A DNA stretch of 64,000 nt from Chloroflexota bacterium (GCA_025699005.1 JAILWI010000001.1:780908-844907), one strand, 5' to 3'. Shown: positions 25,326 through 34,872, counted from the first letter of the stretch. Program-made: numbers and translations. Notes: generated by a model not told the origin, from the sequence alone.

Positions 25326-26003
25326 ATGCCGCCCATGACCGAGGATGCGGGACGCGACTGCTGCCGCCGGGGGCCGGATCCGCGTGTCGCGCGCTGCTTC
25401 GACCGCGAGTGGAGCGATTGGCACGACGACGAGGGCTTCCCGAAGATCGTCGACGTCTCCGCCGCGCTCCTCGACCGGCTCAAGGACACGACGCTCGTCC
25501 GGCCCCGTGTGCTGGAGGTCGGCTCCGGGACGGGCGGCGTGAGCGTGGCGCTGCTCGAGATGGGCGCCCGGTCGGTGCGTGGCATCGACCTGTCCCCGAG
25601 CAGCGTGGCGGTGGCACGTCGCCGGGCCGCCGCGGCCGGCTTCGAGGAGAAGGCGGTCTTCGAGATCGCCGAGGGCCAGTCGATCTCCGACGATGCGGTG
25701 GACTGGGTCGTCCTGGACCGCGTGCTGTGCTGCGACGCGCGGGCCGGTGCGATGCTCGACGCCGCGATCGGGATGGCTCGCGCCCGGATCGCGCTCACCG
25801 TGCCCGAATCGCGCGGGTGGCGCGGGCTCCTCAACCGTCCGATGTGGGCAGCCGAGAGCGTCTGGGACATGGCACGGGGCGGCTGCCGTGGGTACGTCCA
25901 CGACCTGCGCGCCATCGAGCGACGGCTGGCAGCCGCCGGGTTCAAACCGGTCCGGACTGGCCATCGGGCGCTCTGGCACATCGGCGTCTACGACCGCGCC
26001 TGA
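25326..26003 (+). CDS. Class I SAM-dependent methyltransferase
   Basis: VLEVGSGTGGVSVALLEMGA is SAM-binding motif I. Start is preceded by GGGAGGAG. Confidence 0.75.
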   Translation: MPPMTEDAGRDCCRRGPDPRVARCFDREWSDWHDDEGFPKIVDVSAALLDRLKDTTLVRPRVLEVGSGTGGVSVALLEMGARSVRGIDLSPSSVAVARRRAAAAGFEEKAVFEIAEGQSISDDAVDWVVLDRVLCCDARAGAMLDAAIGMARARIALTVPESRGWRGLLNRPMWAAESVWDMARGGCRGYVHDLRAIERRLAAAGFKPVRTGHRALWHIGVYDRA

Positions 26004-26026
26004 CGCGCGAGCCGTATCCTTTGCCG

Positions 26027-26911
26027 ATGTCGCTCTACCGGCTCGAGTCAGATCCCGAGCTCCAGGCGCCGATCCTCGTCGCCGCCCTCGAGGGTTGGGT
26101 CGACGCGGGCGCCGCGGGAACGACGGCCGCTCAGCAGCTCATCGGCGACGGGTCGCTGGTCGCGACCTTCGACGCCGATGCCATCTATGACTTCCGATCG
26201 CGGCGACCCGTCCTCGACATCGTCGACGGCCGGCTCACCAGCCTGTCCTGGGCCGAGCTTCGGCTGAGCGCGGCCAGGGTGGCCGACCGTGACGTCCTCG
26301 TGCTCACGGGGCCGGAGCCCGACTATCGCTGGCGAGAGCTCGCCACCGATGTCGTGGAGCTGGCGAAGCGGCTCGGCGTGACGACATGGGCCAGCCTCGG
26401 GGCGATTCCGGCGGCCGTCCCGCACACCCGCCCGGTCCCCATCCTGGCGACCGCATCGGCCGCCGGGCTGCTGCCGGAGGGCATCCGCCAGGGCCCGGAC
26501 GGCCTGCTCCGGGTGCCGGCAGCCCTTCTGTCGGTGCTCGAGCTCAGCATTGCCGCGTCGGGCATCCCGGCCGTCGGCTACTTCGCCCAGGTGCCGCACT
26601 ACGTGAACGCGAGCTACCCGACGGCCTCGATCGCGCTCCTCGCGGCGCTCGGGCGGCACATGGGCGTCGAGGTGCCGGTCGGCGCGCTCGCGAGTCGGGC
26701 CCTCGAGCGGCGCACGATGCTCGATGCGGCGGCCGCATCGGACGAGGACACGAAGGCGCACGTCGAGCGGCTCGAGCTGCTCGCCGACGAATCGCGGCTG
26801 CCCGAGGGCGATGAGCTCATCGCCGACATCGAGCGCTTCCTCCGAGAGGGGAGCGCCAGCGACGATGACGATGGCGGCGGGGAGCCGGACGGAGGCTCGC
26901 GCCTCCACTGA
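26027..26911 (+). CDS. PAC2 family protein (proteasome-assembly-chaperone-like, actinobacterial)
   Basis: MSLYRLESDPELQAPILVAALEGWVDAGAAGTTAAQQL...YFAQVPHYVNASYPTASIALL is the characteristic PAC2 pattern. It has an acidic C-terminal tail. Confidence 0.8.
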   Translation: MSLYRLESDPELQAPILVAALEGWVDAGAAGTTAAQQLIGDGSLVATFDADAIYDFRSRRPVLDIVDGRLTSLSWAELRLSAARVADRDVLVLTGPEPDYRWRELATDVVELAKRLGVTTWASLGAIPAAVPHTRPVPILATASAAGLLPEGIRQGPDGLLRVPAALLSVLELSIAASGIPAVGYFAQVPHYVNASYPTASIALLAALGRHMGVEVPVGALASRALERRTMLDAAAASDEDTKAHVERLELLADESRLPEGDELIADIERFLREGSASDDDDGGGEPDGGSRLH

Positions 26912-26994
26912 CCGGGCACGCGAAGCGGCCGGGCCCTTCGACCCGGCCGTCGCGAACCCTCGTCGCGCGGGATTACCGGTAGGATGGGCGGCCC

Positions 26995-28086
26995 ATGCCC
27001 ATCGTGCTCATCGGACTCGGTCTCGTGCTGCTCGTCGTCGGTGGCGAGCTCGTGGTTCGCGGCGCGTCGCGGCTCGCGGAGTGGGCGCGCGTGCCCCCGG
27101 TTGTCGTCGGGCTCACGATCGTGGCGTTCGGCACCAGCTCCCCGGAGCTCGCTGTGGCGATCGGAGCGGCATTGCGTGGCGAGCCCGACTTCGTGACCGG
27201 AAACATCGTCGGCAGCAACATCTACAACGTGCTGCTCGTGCTGGGGATCTCGGCGCTCATCGTGCCGCTCGTCGTCCAGCGAAAGCTCGTGCAGTGGGAC
27301 GTGCCAGCCATGATCGCTGCCTCGCTGGCGCTGCTCATCTTCGCCGTGGACGGGACGCTCACCCGCGTGGAGGGCATCGTCTTGATGCTCGCCCTGGTGG
27401 GCTACCTGGCGGCGACCGTGTTCTGGAGCCGGCGACAGGGGAGCGACACCGACGAGTTCGACGTCGAGTACCACGGACGCGGGCTGAGCGGCCGCTCGTT
27501 GCTGGTCAACGTGATCCTGCTGGTCGCCGGCCTCGCCATGCTGGTCGTGGGCGCCGATTGGCTGGTGACCGGCGCGGTCGAGATCGCCGAGTCGCTGGGT
27601 GTGGATCGCCTGGTCATCGGCCTGACCATCGTGGCGCTCGGCACCTCGATGCCGGAGCTGGCGACCTCCGTCATCGCCGCGATACGCGGCGAGCGCGAGA
27701 TCGCGGTCGGCAACATCGTCGGCAGCAACATCATGAACATCCTGGCCATCGCCGGCTTCACGATGATCGTCGCGCCCGACGGCATCGCGGTCGCCGATGC
27801 GATCCTGCGCCTGGATCTGCCCGTCATGGTCGTCGTGGCGATCGCATGCCTTCCGATCTTCTTCCGCGGCCACCGCATCGAGCGCTGGGAGGGAGCCGTC
27901 TTCATCGGCTATGCGCTCGCGTACACGGCATACCTGGTGCTCGACGCGACCGGGCACCGGGCGATCGGCCCGTTCAGCGCCGTGATGCTGTTCTTCGTCA
28001 TTCCGCTCACGGTGATCACCTTCGGCATCGTCACCGTGCGCGAGCTGCGACGCGGCCCCGATGGCCACGAGCCCGGCGCGGCGTAG
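26995..28086 (+). CDS. CaCA family Ca2+/Na+ (cation) antiporter, YrbG-like
   Basis: Two internally repeated halves each carry the alpha-repeat GTSSPELAVAI / GTSMPELATSV and GNIVGSNI motifs. About 10 TM helices. Confidence 0.85.
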   Translation: MPIVLIGLGLVLLVVGGELVVRGASRLAEWARVPPVVVGLTIVAFGTSSPELAVAIGAALRGEPDFVTGNIVGSNIYNVLLVLGISALIVPLVVQRKLVQWDVPAMIAASLALLIFAVDGTLTRVEGIVLMLALVGYLAATVFWSRRQGSDTDEFDVEYHGRGLSGRSLLVNVILLVAGLAMLVVGADWLVTGAVEIAESLGVDRLVIGLTIVALGTSMPELATSVIAAIRGEREIAVGNIVGSNIMNILAIAGFTMIVAPDGIAVADAILRLDLPVMVVVAIACLPIFFRGHRIERWEGAVFIGYALAYTAYLVLDATGHRAIGPFSAVMLFFVIPLTVITFGIVTVRELRRGPDGHEPGAA

Positions 28087-28109
28087 GCTGCGGCTGATGG
28101 CGCTTCGGC

Positions 28110-28205
28110 AGCGAGCAGCCTGAACGCGACGAGCTCATCGCCGATATCGAGCGGTTTGTTCGCGGAGGGAGGCGGCGGGGCCGAGGCGGCTCCCGCATCC
28201 ACTGA
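28110..28205 (+). repeat. Diverged direct repeat: remnant copy of the last ~35 codons of the PAC2 gene (counterpart 26806..26911), located immediately after the antiporter stop
   Basis: GCGACGAGCTCATCGCCGATATCGAGCGGTTTGTTCGCGGAGGGAG...CCACTGA aligns with GCGATGAGCTCATCGCCGACATCGAGCGCTTCCTCCGAGAGGGGAG...CCACTGA. The in-frame translation ..ERDELIADIERFVRGG..GGSRIH* matches ..EGDELIADIERFLREG..GGSRLH*, with a 21-nt deletion of the DDDD stretch. Confidence 0.6.
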
Positions 28206-28220
28206 GGCGGGGCCGCGCTG

Positions 28221-28565
28221 TTACGCCTTCTTCTTGCCCTTCTTGCCGCCGACGACCGGGTCGGGCGCGTCCAGCATCTCATCGATGGCGCGTCGCGCGC
28301 GGAACGCCGATCGGTAGGACTGCTGAGAGCGGGGAGCGTCAGCGTCGGCGCGGATGTACCAGCTGCGCTCGCCGGCGACGTACGAGATCTCGTAGCCGCG
28401 GTGCTCTTCGGAGGGTCGGTCCGCCTCGCTCGCCAGCATCAGGGTGGCCTGGCGCGCGGTCTTCGGGTTGCAGGTGGCGCATCGCGCCTCGAGGAGTCCG
28501 TGTGCGCATCGGCGGCAGGAAGCGCAGATCTGCCGGTCGAATCCGTGGATGCAGTAGTCGGTCAT
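28221..28565 (-). CDS. Small Cys-rich protein (putative zinc-binding), hypothetical
   Basis: MTDYCIHGFDRQICASCRRCAHGLLEARCATC carries 7 Cys in 30 aa, followed by a Lys-rich tail GGKKGKKKA. Divergent from the DEAD-box helicase. Confidence 0.45.
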   Translation of the reverse strand: MTDYCIHGFDRQICASCRRCAHGLLEARCATCNPKTARQATLMLASEADRPSEEHRGYEISYVAGERSWYIRADADAPRSQQSYRSAFRARRAIDEMLDAPDPVVGGKKGKKKA

Positions 28566-28750
28566 GGCCGCCTTTGTGTGGGGTCACCAGCGTACACCGA
28601 ACCGATGTGCTACATTTCGACCACGTGTTCGATTGGCGCACCGGTCTGCGCCACGGTGTCAAACCCCGTCCGACCTCGCTTACTCAACTGCCCTGACCGG
28701 GCCCCGCGCGATGATCGCTGCGGGAGGGCCACGTCAGGAGCATCTCTCCC

Positions 28751-30139
28751 TTGTCATTCTCTGCCCTCGGGCTTCGTCCCGACCTGCTCCGCGCTGTCGC
28801 GCGCCAGGGATACACCGATCCGACCCCCGTCCAGCGCGAGGCGATTCCGCTCGTGCTCGAGGGTCGCGACCTGCTCGCCGGCGCCCAGACCGGCACCGGC
28901 AAGACCGCCGCCTTCGTGCTGCCCATGCTGCAGCGGCTCGCGGACTCATCCACGCGCGACCGTCGCATTCGCGCCCTCGTGCTCACCCCGACCCGTGAGC
29001 TCGCCATCCAGGTCGAGGAGTCGGTGCGCGTGTACTCCGGCGGCCAGGCCCGCTCGACCGCCATCTACGGCGGCGTCGGCTTCGGCGGCCAGGTCGGCGC
29101 GCTGCGCCGCGGCGCCGAGATCGTCGTCGCCACCCCCGGGCGCCTGCTCGACCATGCCCGCCAGGGCACGATCGACCTGCGATCGGTCGAGATCCTCGTT
29201 CTCGACGAGGCCGATCGGATGCTCGACATGGGCTTCATCCGCGACATTCGCCAGGTGCTGGCCCTCCTCCCGGACCGCCGGCAGAACCTGCTCTTCAGCG
29301 CCACCTTCTCGCGGGAGATCCGCTCGCTGGCCGAGGGGCTGCTCGATCGGCCCGCCTCGGTCCAGGTCACGCCCGAGAACACCGCGGTCGAGCTCGTGGC
29401 GCAGGTCGTCCATCCGGTCGACCGCGAGCGCAAGCGTGAGCTGCTCACCCATCTCGTGCGCACCCGCCAGATCGACCAGGCGCTCGTATTCACCCGCACG
29501 AAGCATGGAGCCAACAAGCTCGTCGAGCAGCTGAACCGGGACGGCATCGCCGCCGCCGCCATCCACGGCAACAAGTCGCAGCCGCAGCGCGTTCGCGCCC
29601 TCGCCGACCTTCGCGCCGGACGCATCCTCCTGCTCGTTGCGACCGAGGTCGCGGCCCGTGGCATCGACATCGAGGCACTGCCGCACGTCGTGAACTACGA
29701 GCTGCCGATGGTCCCCGCCGACTACGTGCATCGCATCGGCCGGACCGGGCGCGCGGGCGTCACGGGCATCGCGGTCTCGCTGGTCTGCGTCGACGAGGGT
29801 CCGCTCCTGCGGGAGATCGAGCGCCTGCTGAAGATGCCCATCGAGAAGGTCGAGATTCCCGGCTTCGAGCCGAATCGCGCCATCCGTCCGCAGCCCATCA
29901 AGCTGCGCTCCGGTCAGCGCGGAGGCATGCAGAACGGCGGAAGCGCCGGTCATGGTCGTGGTCACGCGGCTCCTACGCATCGCGGCGCGCCCGCTGGCTC
30001 AGCCGGCCGGAACGCCGGCCGTGGCCGGGCGGGGCGCCGTCCCGACCGCGGGCCTCGACGCCAGGAGCGCTCGTCGGCGCCCGGCAGCAGCATCGGCAAC
30101 CGTGGATGGAGCGGCATGCCGGGAGAGCGTCGCGGCTGA
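28751..30139 (+). CDS. rhlE: DEAD-box ATP-dependent RNA helicase (RhlE/DeaD-like) with RG-rich C-terminal tail
   Basis: Q-motif [44 protein letters not shown]. Low-complexity Arg/Gly tail. It has a 185-bp, lower-GC upstream leader. Confidence 0.9.
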   Translation: MSFSALGLRPDLLRAVARQGYTDPTPVQREAIPLVLEGRDLLAGAQTGTGKTAAFVLPMLQRLADSSTRDRRIRALVLTPTRELAIQVEESVRVYSGGQARSTAIYGGVGFGGQVGALRRGAEIVVATPGRLLDHARQGTIDLRSVEILVLDEADRMLDMGFIRDIRQVLALLPDRRQNLLFSATFSREIRSLAEGLLDRPASVQVTPENTAVELVAQVVHPVDRERKRELLTHLVRTRQIDQALVFTRTKHGANKLVEQLNRDGIAAAAIHGNKSQPQRVRALADLRAGRILLLVATEVAARGIDIEALPHVVNYELPMVPADYVHRIGRTGRAGVTGIAVSLVCVDEGPLLREIERLLKMPIEKVEIPGFEPNRAIRPQPIKLRSGQRGGMQNGGSAGHGRGHAAPTHRGAPAGSAGRNAGRGRAGRRPDRGPRRQERSSAPGSSIGNRGWSGMPGERRG

Positions 30140-30474
30140 TGCGGCGACGGATCCCCACTGCCAGGCCCCGCTGGCCTCGCCGCCGAGAGATCGGCTCCAT
30201 CGCGCCGCGGAAGCCGGTCCGGCGAATCGGCGAACGCTTGCGCTCTCAACGAGTCGAGCGTAGGCTGCGCGCATCGTGATCGACGTTCGCCGTTGCACCC
30301 CCGACTCCTGCGCGTTCTGCTGCATCTGTCGCTAGGCGGGAGGAGCTCCGCTCCCGTCTCTCATCGGCGAATCTCTCACGACCCGCCGGCTCCCTGAGGC
30401 CCCTCCTTCCGCCCTCCACCGTTCTCGTCCCCCCGGCTGCGGCACGCGCCGCGCCATACCCGGAGCCGTACCCC

Positions 30475-31191
30475 ATGACGCGCACCCCGCGCACCGCCCA
30501 TCCCTATCGCGACACCGACGTCATCGACGCTCGGGCCCCGCGCTTCAACCAGGCCACGGTCGGCATCGTTTCGCTCGTGGCCGTCATCACCGGCTGGTGG
30601 CCGCTGCTGGCGCTCCTCGCCCTCCAGCTGGGCGTCGGCCTTCGCTACGGGCGTCGCTACTGCCTGCCGTGCGTGACGTATTTCGAGCTCATCCAGCCCA
30701 GGTTCGGCGAGGGACCGATCGAGGACTCGCGACCGCCGAAGTTCGCGAACCAGATCGGGTTCGTCGTGCTCGGCGCAGCGAGCATGGCCCATCTCGTCGG
30801 GCTGACCGCGGTCGGGAACGGGCTCGGCCTGCTCGTCGCGGGCCTCGCCCTGCTCGCCGCGGCGACGGGGATCTGCGCCGGCTGCGAGATGTATCGCATC
30901 CGCGCTCGGCTCCAGGGCATCCGGCAGCGTCAGATCGACCGCGTCGAGCTCGCCGAACTCGGCGAGATACGCCTCGCGCACGGGGCCGGTGAGCTGCTCG
31001 TCGCGTTCAGCCATCCTCTGTGCACCGACTGCCGCACCCTCCTCGGCGAGCTGGCCGCCGGCACCGCGCCGTGGATCAGCGTGGATGTCCGCGATCGGCC
31101 GGACCTCGCTCGCAAGTACGGCGTGGCGCTCGTCCCGACGGTCGTGCGCGTCGCGTCCGATGGAAGCGTCATCGGCCAGGCGGCTGGCTGA
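30475..31191 (+). CDS. DUF4395-like membrane domain fused to thioredoxin-like domain
   Basis: The N-terminal half has 4 hydrophobic helices and a CLPC motif. The C-terminal half (LLVAFSHPLCTDCRTLLGEL...YGVALVPTVV) has a CxxC thioredoxin-fold signature. Confidence 0.55.
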   Translation: MTRTPRTAHPYRDTDVIDARAPRFNQATVGIVSLVAVITGWWPLLALLALQLGVGLRYGRRYCLPCVTYFELIQPRFGEGPIEDSRPPKFANQIGFVVLGAASMAHLVGLTAVGNGLGLLVAGLALLAAATGICAGCEMYRIRARLQGIRQRQIDRVELAELGEIRLAHGAGELLVAFSHPLCTDCRTLLGELAAGTAPWISVDVRDRPDLARKYGVALVPTVVRVASDGSVIGQAAG

Positions 31192-31212
31192 GCGGCGGCC
31201 GGCCCCTGCCGA

Positions 31213-31569
31213 TCAGAACGTCGCCGGGTGCTCCGGACCCTCGTACGTGCCGGCCTGCATCGCCTCGTCGGCCTCCTCGTCCGAGTCGACATTCAGCGGT
31301 GCACCCTCGGTGCGTGGTCCCTCGGCGGGTGGTGCGCTCCAGTCGCCCTCCTCGACCTCCCCGGACCTCAGGGAGATCTCGATCTCCTTCTGGTCCGGGC
31401 GCACGTGGGAGAGCGTGGCCGCCGGGAGATACCGGTGCGACGCGTTCACGAGCCCCGACTTGACGAGGATGTAGCGATCGGTGACCTCCTCGACCGTGCC
31501 GAGGTCGCCGTGGTCGGCCGACTGAACCTTCCAGCCACGCTCGATGCCGTGGATATCGTTCGTGCTCAT
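31213..31569 (-). CDS. DUF2171/PRC-barrel-like small protein
   Basis: Start is at MSTNDIHGIERGWKVQSADHGDLGTVEEVTDRYILVKSGL (ATG 31569), with an acidic C-terminus. The annotated 227-aa ORF upstream is an Arg-rich extension. Confidence 0.5.
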   Translation of the reverse strand: MSTNDIHGIERGWKVQSADHGDLGTVEEVTDRYILVKSGLVNASHRYLPAATLSHVRPDQKEIEISLRSGEVEEGDWSAPPAEGPRTEGAPLNVDSDEEADEAMQAGTYEGPEHPATF

Positions 31570-31610
31570 GGCCTCAGCGACCAGCAGTCCGCGTGCCGCA
31601 CACTGGGGCG

Positions 31611-32165
31611 ATGCCGATGATCGTGCGCCTGGCCGATCCCGCTCGGGACGCCGAGGCCGTCGCCGCCATCTACCGGCCTGCCGTCGAGACCTCGGTCGCG
31701 AGCTTCGAGGAGGAGCCGCCGAGCGCCGACGTGATGAGGGGCCGCATGGAGGCCACGCTGGCGTGGACGCCGTGGCTCGTCGCCGAGGATGGGGCCGGCG
31801 GCGAGGTCGTGGGCTACGCCTACGCCGGCCGGCATCGGGAGCGCGCTGGCTACCGATGGTCGGTCGACATCTCCGCGTACGTCGCGTCAGCGGCACGCGG
31901 GCGGGGGATCGGCCGAGCGTTGTATGACGCGCTGTTGGGGATGCTCCGTCGCCAGGGATTCGTGAACGTCTACGCTGCGATCACGCTGCCGAACCCGGCG
32001 AGCGTGGCGCTCCACGAGGCGATCGGCATGCGACGGGTGGGCGTCTACGAGCGCGTCGGCTACAAGTTCGGCGCCTGGCACGACGTGGCGTGGTATGGCC
32101 TGCGGCTCGCCGATCCGCCGGATCCGCCGGCTCACCCGACGGCCTTGCCCGATCTCGGGGACTGA
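31611..32165 (+). CDS. GNAT N-acetyltransferase, phosphinothricin-acetyltransferase-like
   Basis: MPMIVRLADPARDAEAVAAIY...WLVAEDGAGGEVVGYAYAG...ARGRGIGRALYDALLGMLRRQGFVNVYAAI resembles PAT/Bar-type GNAT. Confidence 0.75.
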   Translation: MPMIVRLADPARDAEAVAAIYRPAVETSVASFEEEPPSADVMRGRMEATLAWTPWLVAEDGAGGEVVGYAYAGRHRERAGYRWSVDISAYVASAARGRGIGRALYDALLGMLRRQGFVNVYAAITLPNPASVALHEAIGMRRVGVYERVGYKFGAWHDVAWYGLRLADPPDPPAHPTALPDLGD

Positions 32166-32211
32166 GCCCCACGTGGACGAGGCGCTGAGATCGGCCTAGG
32201 CTGGGTCGACC

Positions 32212-34245
32212 GTGAGCACCATCCGCTACTCCAGGTGGGACGGCAGCCAGCAGCTGCCGGCCTTCGACGCGGACGACGTGCTCGACGCCCTCTCCGACGA
32301 CATCCTGGCCGAGGGCGACATGCGCCGCGCACTCCAGCGACTCATGCAGCGCGGGATGCGGGGCACGCGCGGCGGTGACGTGCCTGGTCTCCGAAAGATC
32401 ATGGAGCAGCTGCGCGCCCGACGGCAGGCGGAGCTCGAGGCGTCGAACCTCGATGGCGTCCTCGACGACATCAACCGGCGGCTCGAGGAGATCCTCGAGA
32501 CGGAGCGGGAGGGGATCGGGGAGCGGGTCCGCGCGGCCGAGCAGCGCGCGCTCGATGCGCCACCCGGCGACGAGCAGGATCGGGCCAGGATGGCCGAGCA
32601 GGTGATGCGACGGACGGCGCGCCAGCGGGAGAACCGGCTCGACAGCCTGCCGGACAACCTTGCCAGGCGCCTTCATGGTCTGGCGGACTACGAGTTCATG
32701 GACGACGCCGCGCGTGACGCCTTCACCGAGCTGACCGACGAGCTGCGCGGCCAGGTGCTCCAGACGTACTTCCAGGGCCTCAAGGAGGGCGTCCAGCAGG
32801 TGACGCCGGAGGATCTCGACGGCATTCGCGCCATGGTCCGCGACCTCAACGCGCTCCTCGAGAAGCATGCGACCGGTGCCGATGTGACCGAGGACTTCGC
32901 CGCGTTCATGGCGATGCACGGCCGGTACTTCCCACCGGGCATCGGCAGCGTCGACGAGCTCATCGAGCACCTCCACCGCCAGGCGTCGCAGATGGCGTCG
33001 CTCCTCAACAGCATGTCACCGGAGATGCGGGACGAGCTTCGTGCGCTCATGGACGACCTGCTGCGCGACGACCGCCTCCAGATCGACATGGCGCGCCTGG
33101 CCGGCAACCTCCAGGCGGCACGGCCGGACCTCCCGTTCGGCGAGCCCTACCCGTTCGAGGGCGGTGAGCCGATGGGCCTCGCCGATGCGCTTGCCGCGAT
33201 CGATCGCCAACAGCAGTACGACGCGATGGAGGAAGCGCTCGGCGCCGCTCGCGATCCGGACGGGCTCGAGCGCGTCGATGCGGACGCGTTGCGCGACCTG
33301 GCCGGGGACGACGCCATCGACGACCTCGACCAGCTGCGCGAGCTGACGCGTGCGCTGGAGGAGGCCGGCTACCTGGATCGCGACGGGGGACGGCTGGAGC
33401 TCACCCCTCGCGCCGCGCGCAAGCTCGGCATGCGAGCCCTGACGGACATCTTCAGCCGCCTGCGACGCGAGGGCTTCGGCGGACACGCGCTCCCGCGCGC
33501 GGGTCGTGGCGGCGAGCCGACCGACGAGACGAAGCCCTACGAGTTCGGCGACCCGTTCGCCGTCGACATCAACCGCACGCTCTTCAACGCCATGGCCCGC
33601 GGCGGGGCCGGCACGCCGGTCAGCATCGACCCGCAGGATTTCGAGGTGTCGCGCACCGAGGAGACCACCGTCTCGAGCACGGTCCTGCTGCTCGACATGA
33701 GCCGCTCGATGCTGCTGCGGGGCTGCTCATCGGCGGCGAAGAAGGTCGCCATGGCGCTGCACACGCTCATCCACACGAAGTACCCGCGCGATCGGCTGTT
33801 CGTCGTCGGCTTCGCCTACTACGCGCGCCAGCTCAAGCCGGAGTCGATCCCGACGCTGAGTCCGTACGAGTTCGAGTACGGGACGAACCTCCAGCACGCG
33901 CTGATCATCGCGCGGCAGCTGCTCGGCCGATCCACCGGCGGCAACAAGGAGATCGTCGTCATCACCGACGGGGAGCCGACCGCGCACATCGACAACGGCC
34001 AGGTCGAGTTCGCCTATCCGCCGACGCTGCGCACCGTCCAGTCCACGCTGCGCGAGGTCGGCCGATGCACGCGTGAGGGAATCGTCATCAACACCTTCAT
34101 GCTCGAGCGGTCCCGCTACCTGTCCGAGTTCGTGGACCTCATGTCGCGCATCAATCGCGGGCGGGCCTTCTACGTCGAGCCGGAGCACCTCGGCGAGTAC
34201 GTCCTCGTCGACTACGTGAGCAAGAAGACGAAGCGCGTCGCCTGA
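32212..34245 (+). CDS. VWA domain-containing protein with long N-terminal helical region (NorD/CbbO-like architecture)
   Basis: 677 aa. The C-terminal vWFA has a MIDAS motif LLLDMSRSM ... VVITDGEPT. The N-terminal ~450 aa is helical and charged. No adjacent AAA+ partner. Confidence 0.7.
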   Translation: MSTIRYSRWDGSQQLPAFDADDVLDALSDDILAEGDMRRALQRLMQRGMRGTRGGDVPGLRKIMEQLRARRQAELEASNLDGVLDDINRRLEEILETEREGIGERVRAAEQRALDAPPGDEQDRARMAEQVMRRTARQRENRLDSLPDNLARRLHGLADYEFMDDAARDAFTELTDELRGQVLQTYFQGLKEGVQQVTPEDLDGIRAMVRDLNALLEKHATGADVTEDFAAFMAMHGRYFPPGIGSVDELIEHLHRQASQMASLLNSMSPEMRDELRALMDDLLRDDRLQIDMARLAGNLQAARPDLPFGEPYPFEGGEPMGLADALAAIDRQQQYDAMEEALGAARDPDGLERVDADALRDLAGDDAIDDLDQLRELTRALEEAGYLDRDGGRLELTPRAARKLGMRALTDIFSRLRREGFGGHALPRAGRGGEPTDETKPYEFGDPFAVDINRTLFNAMARGGAGTPVSIDPQDFEVSRTEETTVSSTVLLLDMSRSMLLRGCSSAAKKVAMALHTLIHTKYPRDRLFVVGFAYYARQLKPESIPTLSPYEFEYGTNLQHALIIARQLLGRSTGGNKEIVVITDGEPTAHIDNGQVEFAYPPTLRTVQSTLREVGRCTREGIVINTFMLERSRYLSEFVDLMSRINRGRAFYVEPEHLGEYVLVDYVSKKTKRVA

Positions 34246-34257
34246 CGGCGCGGCTGC

Positions 34258-34872
34258 TCAGCCCTCGACGGACCGATCGCTGCCCTTGGAGCGCTGCTGC
34301 TGCTTCCCGCCCCCGGCATCCGAGTCGCCACCGTCGGATGTTGCTCGATAGTCCGGGACGCTGGCGAGCGTCGAGCGGTGCGCCGTGCCCTCTCCGAGGA
34401 CGCTGAACGTCCCGTCCGACTCGAGCACCATGGCCTCCACCTCGGCCAGCGAGGAAAAGCCCTGCTGCCGGGCGGCCTGGTGAATCTCGAGCTCCGCGAT
34501 CCGCTCGCGACGGAGCGCTCCGCGGAGGACCTCGCCGCGCATGACGAGCAGCGTGGGCTCCGACGTGACGATCCGCTTGAAGGCGCCGAAGCGACTGCTC
34601 GCCAAGGCGGTCGCGAACTGGAGCCCGACGAGCAGACCGAGGGCGACCAGGCCCTCCGCCAGCGCAACGTCGGGAGAGAGGAGGATCGACGCCAGGGTCG
34701 ATCCGAGCGCGATGGTCACGATGAAGTCGAACGCGTTCATCTTCGCGAGCGTCCGCTTCCCCGAAGCGCGCAGGATCGCGATGAGTGCGGCGTAGCTCAG
34801 GATGCCGACGACGATCGTTCGCGCAAGTGTCGCCCAGTCCTGGAACAGGAACTCAGCCATGCGTTCGCTCAT
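34258..34872 (-). CDS. DUF421 (YetF-like) membrane protein
   Basis: Two or three N-terminal TM helices, then a ~100-aa soluble domain (TLLVMRGEVLRGALRRERIAELEIHQAARQQGF). Confidence 0.7.
   Translation of the reverse strand: MSERMAEFLFQDWATLARTIVVGILSYAALIAILRASGKRTLAKMNAFDFIVTIALGSTLASILLSPDVALAEGLVALGLLVGLQFATALASSRFGAFKRIVTSEPTLLVMRGEVLRGALRRERIAELEIHQAARQQGFSSLAEVEAMVLESDGTFSVLGEGTAHRSTLASVPDYRATSDGGDSDAGGGKQQQRSKGSDRSVEG

Noticed and set aside
26614-28068. 484-aa minus-strand ORF
   Set aside because: Antisense to the CaCA antiporter. The sense frame has duplicated GTSxPE alpha-repeats and 10 TM helices.
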